DNA from: Candidatus Parvarchaeum sp.
GTDB taxonomy: Archaea > Nanobdellota > Nanobdellia > Parvarchaeales > Parvarchaeaceae
Length of the DNA: 32,000 nucleotides
Direction of reading: 5' to 3'
Assembly (NCBI GenBank): GCA_049965555.1
Contig: JBMFWF010000005.1
Coordinates: 15,794-47,793 of the forward strand
Each line of letters starts with the position of its first letter. Position 1 is the stretch's first letter. A program made the position numbers and the translations under genes. The notes beneath the pieces were generated by a model. That model was not told where the DNA came from. It saw only the letters and a list, made by a program, of their open reading frames with translations, and searched no databases. Of this stretch, positions 13,864 through 21,415 are shown in pieces.

Positions 13864-16044
13864 TTAATTGCTGAACTTTTTAAGCAGGTTGTCAAGTAAA
13901 CGGTTGTATCTAGATCCTCCCTCTGCTTCCATAGCAGTTCTTATCCCCTGCAGAGGTATTAATCTATATTTTAAGTATGAAGTTCCTATAGTTGTATCTG
14001 TAGGTATATAAATTTCACTTATTCCTTTTGTATAGTTCGGTTTGTGTATTATGTAGCTTTCAAAGTATGTTTCATTCTCGAGAGCAGGCACTGTGATTGC
14101 GGCCATAGTCCTCCACTCATCGTCCTTCTTTTTTAATGCGAATTTTATACCAGGCTCGTGGCAGTCTCCTGCCATTGCTATGTCAACTAAGTCTTTTCCG
14201 GTGTTCTTCACAGTATTCATAAGGGAGGTTCTTGCATCTGCTCCTCCCCTGTAACCTGCACTGTGCATCTGCAACAGCCCATAACTGTCAAGATATGGGG
14301 TTTCCCCTCTTAAAAGATAATCATCTACGTAAACTACCTCTTTGGTACCGTTGTTTTCAAGCTTTGGCCCTATCATCCTGCCCTCGCTTCCATTTCCTGT
14401 GGCTCTTTCAAAGTGGTTTCCTCCAACGACATAGGCTTTTTCAAATAATGGGCCCAAGGGCCTTAGATATTTGTCAAGTCTCTTTTCTTGCTGTCCAAGG
14501 TCTATATCTGAATTGCCATATACTATTTTATGCAATTCCGACATGAAATTGCTCTTTGCTCTTTCTTTGTCATTATCATTTAGAATGTCTTCAAGCTTTC
14601 CCAGAAATTCTTCTGGGCTAGGGGCCCTCGGCAATGACATTTTTGTTCTCTGTGCCTTGTCGTTTCCGCCATCAACCATGTCTCCGCCTACAAACAAGAT
14701 TCTTTTGTCCTTTGGCACTTGGCTCTTGTTTATTATCTCAGGAACTTTTTCCATCGCTTCATAATCCGATGCAGCATTGCCCACATGCCAATCAGATACT
14801 TGGACCATTTCGTACAAAGATCCTTTTGTCTTTTCTTTGTTTATTTTGTATGGGTTTATTCCTTTTTTGATTCCGCCTATGTCAATATGCTCTATCTCAA
14901 CGCTTTTGTCGTTGTAAACCGATAATAAGGATATGCCGCTGTCTTCAAACTGCGACAATCTTTTTGATACATCTGTCTTGTTAAGGCTAGCCCTCAGTTT
15001 GAACTGCTTGTCTATATCCATTAACGGCCCTTGATTTAATACTAATACAGGGTCTTTTCTGCTTTGGTAATCTAAAGCAGTGAATTCTGTAGCAGACCCT
15101 CTGCCGGTTATATAGATATCTGCAAGTCTTCCATACTGTGCATCCAGATTGGCGTAATCTATTATCATGTTTATATTTCTGTCGCTTGGTTTTCCTTCAT
15201 TTAATCCGGCAGTAAGCGCGTTTATTGCATGGAAAACTTTAACTTTTAAGCCATTTATCATTATTTCTGCATCCGGGGTGTTCTCTTCCTTTTCTCCTAA
15301 GAAGTTCTCAAATCTCTTGTACACCTTTATATTATTCTCATTTTTACCGTCATTAAGTACCATGTTGATTAAGTGTAGGTAAATATCATTTGCTTTGTCT
15401 TTTATGCCTTTTTTATCAGAGGTCTTCCACTGCGAAGCCTTGAATTTATAGCTTTCAGGTATTATCGACATTATCCTTTCTATCTCATCGGGTGTTTTAT
15501 TATCAAGCTTATTCTGCTTTTTGTTTTTCTTATTTACTTTCATTCTCTCTTCTTCTTTGTTGTTTCTTCTGCTTAGCCTTTCAAGGGCTTCTATTATCAT
15601 CTTTACGTTCTTGTAATCTGTAACACCGTAAATGTAGTATATCGGTATATTCCTTTTCTTTGCCTCATAAGCAATGTTTTTCATCTGGATCTTTGCAAGT
15701 CTTGCAGCCTCTGTTAAGTCATCAACAGAATCAGAGCCGTCTTTACCACGTTTTACTTCGTTATATACCTCTTCTCCATATTTTTCCTTTAATCTGTCTT
15801 CAACTAAATCAAGTCTTTCTCCACGCAGTCTGCTGTATTTGTCAGGTATGTACGCCAATCCACCGTTTATCACAATCCCATCGATTTTTCCTTCATAGCT
15901 CTTTATTATCTGGCCGACATTATCCAGCAAGTCTTTACTGCTTAATTTAGTCGCAAGTTCCAATTCTGACATAACAAGAAGCCTTAATTTTGAATCAGAA
16001 GCGTCATTTGGTTTTATTATTTCCTCAAGAGTTTTATTTCCCAT
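13864..16044 (-). CDS. Tandem calcineurin-like metallophosphoesterase: degenerate N-terminal copy plus intact C-terminal copy; no named family recognised
   Basis: 726 aa. The C-terminal domain (aa ~411-680) carries VSDWHVGN, GGDMVDGG, GGNHFE, LLQMHSAGY and AGDCHEPG. The N-terminal domain (aa ~20-345) has the same strand and loop layout with ligands replaced: LLVMSELEL, GIVINGGLAY, IPIYYIYGVTDY, KVFHAIN, YITGRGSATEF, VLVLNQGPL. Confidence 0.7.
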   Translation of the reverse strand: MGNKTLEEIIKPNDASDSKLRLLVMSELELATKLSSKDLLDNVGQIIKSYEGKIDGIVINGGLAYIPDKYSRLRGERLDLVEDRLKEKYGEEVYNEVKRGKDGSDSVDDLTEAARLAKIQMKNIAYEAKKRNIPIYYIYGVTDYKNVKMIIEALERLSRRNNKEEERMKVNKKNKKQNKLDNKTPDEIERIMSIIPESYKFKASQWKTSDKKGIKDKANDIYLHLINMVLNDGKNENNIKVYKRFENFLGEKEENTPDAEIMINGLKVKVFHAINALTAGLNEGKPSDRNINMIIDYANLDAQYGRLADIYITGRGSATEFTALDYQSRKDPVLVLNQGPLMDIDKQFKLRASLNKTDVSKRLSQFEDSGISLLSVYNDKSVEIEHIDIGGIKKGINPYKINKEKTKGSLYEMVQVSDWHVGNAASDYEAMEKVPEIINKSQVPKDKRILFVGGDMVDGGNDKAQRTKMSLPRAPSPEEFLGKLEDILNDNDKERAKSNFMSELHKIVYGNSDIDLGQQEKRLDKYLRPLGPLFEKAYVVGGNHFERATGNGSEGRMIGPKLENNGTKEVVYVDDYLLRGETPYLDSYGLLQMHSAGYRGGADARTSLMNTVKNTGKDLVDIAMAGDCHEPGIKFALKKKDDEWRTMAAITVPALENETYFESYIIHKPNYTKGISEIYIPTDTTIGTSYLKYRLIPLQGIRTAMEAEGGSRYNRLLDNLLKKFSN

Positions 16045-16051
16045 AATTTCA

Positions 16052-16090
16052 TCCCCCTCCTGTTAATAAATTGATTTTCTCTTTTATAAA
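16052..16090 (-). promoter_or_regulatory. TATA-like box plus strong Shine-Dalgarno leader of the 726-aa gene
   Basis: The minus strand reads tttataaaa (16090-16082), then about 20 nt, then GGAGGGGGA (16060-16052), then 7 nt, then the ATG (16044). Confidence 0.45.
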
Positions 16091-16117
16091 TTAAAGGTGA
16101 GTATTACTATGGTATTA

Positions 16118-17410
16118 CTATATTTCGCTGAAGCCTGTGTATTTTCTAAGTACCTCTGGAATAACTATCGTTCCATCCCTCTGCTGATAAGTATCGATTA
16201 TTGCTATCATAGTTCTTTGTATCGGCAACCCTGTTCCGTCCAAAGTATAAACATAATCTTTGTTTCCTCTTTTATCAACATATTTTATGTTTAATCTTCT
16301 GGATATCCAGTCAGTAGTATTGTCAAATGAGCCTACCTCCCTGTATTTTCCCTGCGAGTAAAGGTAAGCTTCTATGTCATACTGTTTTACATCTCTAACC
16401 CCCATATCACCTGTAGAACAGCTCACAACTCTATAAGGTATGTTTAACTCTTGCCATATCTCCTCAATATTTCCTAACATTTCTTCATGGAAGCGTTTTG
16501 AGTCTTCAGGTTTGCAAAGTACTATCTGCTCGGTCTGGTCGAATTGGTGTAGCCTAAATATCCCCTTCGTGTCTTTTCCATGTGCTCCCGCTTCTTTTCT
16601 GAAAGCAGGGCTTACCCCGACCATTTTTATAGGAAGTTCCTCTTCAGGTATTGCTTCATTCGAATACTGAGCTATCATCGGATGCTCAGTTGTAGAGATA
16701 AGAAAACGTTCCTCTTCTCCTTCTTCTTCAATGCCTGTAACCTTGTAGAGAGCATCTTCAAATGTAGCCATGTGCGCTATCCCGCTGTAAATGTCTCTTT
16801 TTATCATAAACGGCGGTAATATTGGTGTATAGCCTTTTGAAGCGATTTTTTGAATCGAGTACATCTCTAACGCAAGTTCCAGCTGTACAAGCTTGCCTCT
16901 TATAAACACGAATCTACTTCCTGCAATCTTTGCGGCCTTTTCCACGTCTAAAAGTTTTCTTTCCTGCCCAAGATCAATGTGGTTTTTTGTTGTGAAATCT
17001 CTTTTTTTGATTTCTCCGAATTTTCTTATCTCTACATTGTCATTATCATCCTTTCCTTCTGGAGCTTCAGGGCTTACCACATTGGGCAACCATAAAAACA
17101 GATTTTTAGCTTCTTCTTCGTATTTTGCTATCTCCTCTTCCATTGTTTTTATTTGTTGCATCAGCTCTCTTACGTTTTTCCTGTCGCTTTCCTTTTCTTC
17201 TGCATTGTCTTTGTTTTCAGCGAATTCTCTGCTTATTGTATTTCTTTTGTGCCTTAGTTCGTCTACGCTGCTTCTGGTCTTCTTTATCAGTTCATTTAAT
17301 TCTATCAATCTGTCGACAGGATTCTCTATCGGTGGTGTTAAAAATCTCTTCTTTATAGAGGAAATAAGCTCATCCCTGTGATCCTTTACGTAATTCAAAT
17401 CATAATTCAT
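16118..17410 (-). CDS. serS: Seryl-tRNA synthetase
   Basis: 430 aa. N-terminal coiled-coil arm plus class II motifs (FRKEAGAHGKDTKGIFRLHQFDQTEQ, GTGLPIQRTMIAIID). Confidence 0.92.
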   Translation of the reverse strand: MNYDLNYVKDHRDELISSIKKRFLTPPIENPVDRLIELNELIKKTRSSVDELRHKRNTISREFAENKDNAEEKESDRKNVRELMQQIKTMEEEIAKYEEEAKNLFLWLPNVVSPEAPEGKDDNDNVEIRKFGEIKKRDFTTKNHIDLGQERKLLDVEKAAKIAGSRFVFIRGKLVQLELALEMYSIQKIASKGYTPILPPFMIKRDIYSGIAHMATFEDALYKVTGIEEEGEEERFLISTTEHPMIAQYSNEAIPEEELPIKMVGVSPAFRKEAGAHGKDTKGIFRLHQFDQTEQIVLCKPEDSKRFHEEMLGNIEEIWQELNIPYRVVSCSTGDMGVRDVKQYDIEAYLYSQGKYREVGSFDNTTDWISRRLNIKYVDKRGNKDYVYTLDGTGLPIQRTMIAIIDTYQQRDGTIVIPEVLRKYTGFSEI

Positions 17411-17463
17411 ATTGAAATATTATAATTTATCAATAAAAGCTTTTTTATTTCATTTTAAATAAG

Positions 17464-17475
17464 CTTTTATATTTT
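17464..17475 (+). promoter_or_regulatory. TATA-like element for tRNA-Val
   Basis: cttttatatttt is centred about 28 nt upstream of tRNA position 1 (17498) and is preceded by a purine-rich BRE-like aaataag. Confidence 0.4.
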
Positions 17476-17497
17476 ATCTGTAGTTGTTAGTAATTAT

Positions 17498-17570
17498 GGG
17501 CCCGTGGTCCAGCGGTTATGACGTCTGCTTGACGTGCAGAAGACCAAGGGTTCGAATCCCTTCGGGCCCA
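17498..17570 (+). tRNA. tRNA-Val (anticodon GAC)
   Basis: Hand-folded. Acceptor GGGCCCG/CGGGCCC, anticodon stem TCTGC/GCAGA with loop TTGACGT, T arm AAGGG-TTCGAAT-CCCTT, discriminator A. Confidence 0.9.
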
Positions 17571-17577
17571 TCTATCC

Positions 17578-17583
17578 TTTTTT
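17578..17583 (+). terminator. T6 tract downstream of tRNA-Val
   Basis: tttttt lies 8 nt after the tRNA 3' end, consistent with an archaeal oligo-T terminator. Confidence 0.35.
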
Positions 17584-17607
17584 AATTCTTCAGGCCCTAA
17601 AAAATTA

Positions 17608-18707
17608 CTATATAAAATACATTATAACTGCAGAGATAGTCGCATTAATGATCAAAAATAGGAATGATATCTTAAAAAATGAGGAGTATCTCCCTCTCTC
17701 TTTTGTCTGCCTTATCCCTATGATGTTTGCAAGTGAAGCAACAATAGTACCATTCCCCCCTATATTTACGCCCCATAATAAGGGAATAAAGTTAAAAGTC
17801 TTCAAAAGAACAGATGCAGGGACATTGCTTATAATCTGAGAGATTAAAATTGCGTATATGAATTGATAAAGCGTTGAATTGCTCTTTGGTAAGGGGATTA
17901 TAGAACTGAGCGAACCGAATACCATAAAGATAATGAAAAAAATAAGGATAAGGAAGGTATCTACCCTTCCCAGGATTACCAACCTTTTTGATCCCGGTAT
18001 CCTTATCAATGCAAGTATGGAAATAGAGATTGCAATCATCGCTATGAAAAAATATTCACTATAATTTAGAAGCATAGCTATAACATCTATTATGAAAATT
18101 ACAAGTGAAGAATAAAAAAGTGGCAAGTGCGGTCTCTTTTCTTTATATCTTACTTTTAATTCGCCGTCGTTTACTAAGAAGAAAGTGAATACAAAAAGGA
18201 GGATGGTGGATATTAGGAAAGCAGGCAATACCCCCATAATAAAACTAATAGGATTTTGGTGGTAGCGCAAAAATATTATTATGTTCTGCGGATTGCCAAA
18301 AGGTGTCAACATAGAACCTACATTCGCAGCTATAATTTGCATTATTATAGTGTTTAAAAGGCTCCTTTTCGATATTACTCCTATCTCCACTGTTATTGGT
18401 ATAAGGATTAGAAGAGAAGCGTCGTTTGTCATCGCAATCGATACAAGGAATGTTATCGCAACTAAAAGTATGGATATCTTCTTGACTCTTTTTAATCTTT
18501 TAGCGAGTTTTGCCGCATAAAATCTACTTCTCTAGATGCGAGTATACCTGTGTTTGCTATCAAAAGCGATGTTATTATTATGAAGGCTCTTGTGTAAGTT
18601 TGTTTTAATACAACTTTGCCTGAAAATATCAAATATACAGATAATACTATTATAACAGTATAAATCAACCCTCTAATCAGAGCTGTCCGGCTTTTTAGCA
18701 TATACAT
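17608..18707 (-). pseudogene. ArsB/NhaD (CitMHS-like) permease split by a 1-nt frameshift; pseudogene or homopolymer sequencing error
   Basis: The C-terminal ORF (17608-18432) has the family motifs MTNDASLLILIP and GSMLTPFGNPQN. Its frame stays open upstream to 18531 with no start codon and encodes FYAAKLAKRLKRVKKISILLVAITFLVSIA. The N-terminal 71-aa ORF (18492-18707) is in another frame, and the two overlap at 18492-18531. Confidence 0.6.
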
Positions 18708-18708
18708 T

Positions 18709-19209
18709 TCAAGTTAAGTCTGCCAATGCTCTCATGCTTTTAATAACATTTTTATAGCTGTAACCGAATTCCTCAGCGAATGCGCAAAGCTGGAAGAAGG
18801 ACTTTACATCGCTAGCGTTTTCAGATCCAGAGGAATACAAGCAATTTACTCCATAGTCATTGCAAAGTTTTCCATTTATCAAAAGGTTCTTGTAAACCTT
18901 GAACATGTTTTCACTTTTTTCAAGCGCTGAAAAGCTGAATATAACCACCATATCATTTTCCTTAAGCTTGCTGCATAAGCCTTTGTTCAGAAGGAAGCCG
19001 TTTAACTCCAAATCATATATGAATTTCGCTTTTCCTTTCCTAATCACAAAGTCATAGTCTTTTCCAGAATAGGCTTTGAATTCAAAGTTTTCATCTTTTG
19101 TAATATTCTTTATGCTCTGGTCTTTTAGAAGTAATATGTTGTCAAAGCCTAGTTGCCTTAACCTTTCTACAATCTCTTTTGAATCTTTTCTTATAACGTC
19201 AATTTTCAT
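18709..19209 (-). CDS. Possible RNase P protein subunit Rpp30 (Rnp3), short form
   Basis: 166 aa. ...YDLELNGFLLNKGLCSKLKENDMVVIFSFSALEKS...KLCNDYGVNCLYSSGSENASDVKSFFQLCAFAEEFGYS resembles the C-terminal TIM-barrel strands of archaeal Rpp30 (..iiisSgA....lr.p.d...l...lG). It is shorter than typical homologues, so the call is tentative. Confidence 0.4.
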   Translation of the reverse strand: MKIDVIRKDSKEIVERLRQLGFDNILLLKDQSIKNITKDENFEFKAYSGKDYDFVIRKGKAKFIYDLELNGFLLNKGLCSKLKENDMVVIFSFSALEKSENMFKVYKNLLINGKLCNDYGVNCLYSSGSENASDVKSFFQLCAFAEEFGYSYKNVIKSMRALADLT

Positions 19210-19238
19210 TAACTATACTAATTATGCACTAAATAAAA

Positions 19239-19251
19239 CTTTATATATAAG
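19239..19251 (+). promoter_or_regulatory. TATA box for the L40e / M50 protease unit (leaderless spacing)
   Basis: ctttatatataag is centred about 28 nt upstream of the ATG at 19273. Confidence 0.4.
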
Positions 19252-19272
19252 TAAATAGAAACCTATAAGATT

Positions 19273-19461
19273 ATGGCAGAAAGATCTAATCCAGTTGCTG
19301 ATAGCAGGCTGTTCTATAACGTATACGTATGCAGAAATTGCAATGCAAAGATACGCGTTTCAAGCCAAAAAGTCCTTAGGAGGAATGAAGTAAGGTGCAG
19401 AAACTGCGGTTCTTCAGCATTAAGGCCTAAACACAAAGAATTAAGAAAGCTGAAGGTGTAG
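19273..19461 (+). CDS. rpl40e: 50S ribosomal protein L40e
   Basis: 62 aa. ...RLFYNVYVCRNCNAKIRVSSQKV...RCRNCGSSALRPKHKE is the L40e zinc-ribbon signature. Confidence 0.85.
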   Translation: MAERSNPVADSRLFYNVYVCRNCNAKIRVSSQKVLRRNEVRCRNCGSSALRPKHKELRKLKV

Positions 19462-19468
19462 GTATATA

Positions 19469-20722
19469 ATGTCAGTTTTAAGCGTGCTCTTAGCAAATGG
19501 AGATAACTTACTTTTAACAATAATAATACTTGCAATATTCGGATTATTTGTAATAGTAAAAAGAAAAAGGTTTGATGTAGAAGGGAAGGTGGTGTTTCTT
19601 TACAAAACGAAGATCGGACTTAAAGCAATGAAAAAGCTGGCAAGGTTCAAACGGCTGATAAACATTTATTCAACAATAGGCGTGTTTGTTGCGCTCGCAG
19701 GCATAGGCTTTGTGCTTTATCTTTTCCTGCCTTACCTTTACCTTATGATAACAAGTCCAAAGACTACTTTTCCAGCTGTAGCACCTTTGTTTCCGGTTTC
19801 TATATCTGTGGGAGGGATTCCGGTTTTAATAGGGGTCCCTATACTTTATATATTAATATCCATAATCGTACTTGCGGCTTTACATGAAGCTTCTCATGGC
19901 GTTGTTGCCCTCTCTAAAAACATAAAGATAAAATCCACTGGTTTCGGCTTCCTATTTGGAGTTCTTCCCTTGGCCTTTGTAGAGCCAGATGAAAAGAAAG
20001 TAGTGAAGGCAAAGAGGATTGACCGTTTGAGAATATTCGCCGCAGGCGCATTTACGAATGTGGTTTTAGGCTTTGTCTTTTTTGGCGCGTATTTACTGCT
20101 TTCCCATTTCATGGTTTCTGCCAATTTAGTTTCATACTCTCCGTATTATCTCGACGTTTCAACGGTTGTAAATAACAGCCCTGCCAGTCTTGTTTCTTTG
20201 CCGGTAAACTCGACCGTTTCAGAGATAAATGGCCATCAGTTCTATTCAGAACAACAGGCTTTATCTGATCTTAATGTCAAACCGGGGCAGTATGTTAATT
20301 TCACATTAACTAATGGGAAGGTTTATTCAATGAAAACAACGTATAACTCATCAATAAATAATACCTATCATAGTTACATTGGAGTTGGCGGGTTTTTCTC
20401 ACTTGCAAAGCCTCCTGCTTTTATAATAGAGCCAATCTCTGTCACTGCCTTCCCAAATAATTCTTTTACTTCGCAGTCCCTCTACTGGATAGACGGGCTT
20501 TTTCTATGGTTATGGGTAATCTCGTTTAGCCTTGCAATAGTTAACATACTCCCTCTGTCTTATCTTGTAGACGGAGGAAAGATATTCTTTGATGCTTTGG
20601 GCTACGTCGTGAAAAATGAAAAGAAAGCGCTTGCAATCCTTAATATAGTTGCCTTTCTTTTTATTCTGCTTTTGGTTCTTTTGAGCCCTATCGGCTCAAT
20701 AATATTTACGGCCTTGAAATAA
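19469..20722 (+). CDS. Site-2 protease family M50 intramembrane metalloprotease with an inserted PDZ-like domain
   Basis: 417 aa, multi-TM. HEASHGVVA (HExxH) and NILPLSYLVDGGKIF (NxxPxxxxDG), with a soluble insert between them (VSTVVNNSPASLVSLPVNSTVSEINGHQF). Confidence 0.8.
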   Translation: MSVLSVLLANGDNLLLTIIILAIFGLFVIVKRKRFDVEGKVVFLYKTKIGLKAMKKLARFKRLINIYSTIGVFVALAGIGFVLYLFLPYLYLMITSPKTTFPAVAPLFPVSISVGGIPVLIGVPILYILISIIVLAALHEASHGVVALSKNIKIKSTGFGFLFGVLPLAFVEPDEKKVVKAKRIDRLRIFAAGAFTNVVLGFVFFGAYLLLSHFMVSANLVSYSPYYLDVSTVVNNSPASLVSLPVNSTVSEINGHQFYSEQQALSDLNVKPGQYVNFTLTNGKVYSMKTTYNSSINNTYHSYIGVGGFFSLAKPPAFIIEPISVTAFPNNSFTSQSLYWIDGLFLWLWVISFSLAIVNILPLSYLVDGGKIFFDALGYVVKNEKKALAILNIVAFLFILLLVLLSPIGSIIFTALK

Positions 20723-20774
20723 GATTTTACATTTAAATCGAAAAGGTTAAATCTTTGATTTACTATATAAAAAA

Positions 20775-21413
20775 ATGGCTACAAAAAAAATTAAGAATAA
20801 AGTGAAAAAAGTAAAGGCTAAGCCTAAGATAAAAAAGACAAAAAAAGCGACTGTAAAAAGGGAAAAGAAGATAGTAATCGATACTAATAAACTTTTGAAA
20901 CTTGAAGAGGCAAGAAAATACGTTGTTGATGTTGCAGGCGAAAAAGGCCTGGAAGTCTTTGAGTTCCTTATTTCCAAGGGAGAAATGGAAGAGAATTTGC
21001 TTGCAAAGAAGCTTAAGTTTGAAAAGGCAAATGCAATAAGAAAGTTCCTTTATAGGCTTTACAACAAGAATCTTGTTTCATACAGAAAGGTGAGAAAGAA
21101 CAACAAAGCATGGTATACATACTTCTGGAGCGCTAATCCGGAAAAACTTGTATTCATAATAAGAGAGATGTATGAAGAAGAGATAAAACAGACTAAAAAA
21201 TCAATGGAATTGAACAAAGCAGAGGACTTCTATGTGTGTGACATATGCAACAGAAGATATGACGTAAATGAAGCCCTTCAAAATGACTTTAGGTGCAGAA
21301 ATGACGGCGGCGTGCTTACGCATATAGAGTCAGGAAAAATACTTGAAGACAAGCAGAGCAGGATAGACTTTCTTAACAAGAAATTGCATGCATTAGACCA
21401 GCTTGTTAAGTAA
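20775..21413 (+). CDS. tfe: Transcription factor E alpha (TFIIE-alpha homologue) with a Lys-rich N-terminal extension
   Basis: 212 aa. Winged helix (VVDVAGEKGLEVFEFLISKGEMEENLLAKKLKFEKANAIRKFLYRLYNKNLVSYRKVRKNNKAWYTYFW) plus a zinc-ribbon region (YVCDICNRRYD...FRCRNDGGVL). The first 33 aa are MATKKIKNKVKKVKAKPKIKKTKKATVKREKKI. Confidence 0.8.
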   Translation: MATKKIKNKVKKVKAKPKIKKTKKATVKREKKIVIDTNKLLKLEEARKYVVDVAGEKGLEVFEFLISKGEMEENLLAKKLKFEKANAIRKFLYRLYNKNLVSYRKVRKNNKAWYTYFWSANPEKLVFIIREMYEEEIKQTKKSMELNKAEDFYVCDICNRRYDVNEALQNDFRCRNDGGVLTHIESGKILEDKQSRIDFLNKKLHALDQLVK

Positions 21414-21415
21414 AC

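Noticed and set aside
13867-13896. The extreme C-terminus of the tandem MPE (LDNLLKKFSN) resembles an archaeal C-terminal PIP box (Qxx[ILM]xx[FYW][FYW]). The OB-fold protein tail (KISINDYNNY) was also considered.
   Set aside because: Both lack the Gln and the second aromatic residue. Matches this weak are expected by chance, so no PCNA-binding claim is made.
14232-15950. A series of plus-strand ORFs (14232-14546, 14471-14764, 14634-14870, 14719-14925, 15167-15382, 15660-15950, 15674-15898) antisense to the 726-aa gene.
   Set aside because: They are low-complexity Ser/Leu/Phe-rich shadows of a purine-rich coding strand. They overlap each other in different frames, carry no recognisable motifs and lie wholly inside a CDS with clear domain signatures.
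17435-17470. Two HindIII-centred palindromes (aaaagctttt and aagctttt) 26 nt apart in the serS/tRNA-Val spacer, with similar aaagcttt words near 8100 and 27622. A possible operator motif.
   Set aside because: The same 8-mers also occur inside coding regions (for example near 4513 and 1091), at about the frequency expected for an AT-rich sequence. There is no consistent spacing relative to starts. I could not run a statistical test, so I left it as not supported.
17534-17839. Plus-strand 101-aa ORF starting inside tRNA-Val and running antisense to the permease.
   Set aside because: It begins within a tRNA gene at a non-ATG codon, it is antisense to a CDS with family motifs, and it has no features of its own.
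20747-20977. Minus-strand 76-aa ORF overlapping the tfe start.
   Set aside because: It is the complement of the Lys-rich (AAA/AAG) tail coding region, giving a Phe/Leu-rich shadow ORF with no promoter or start context.
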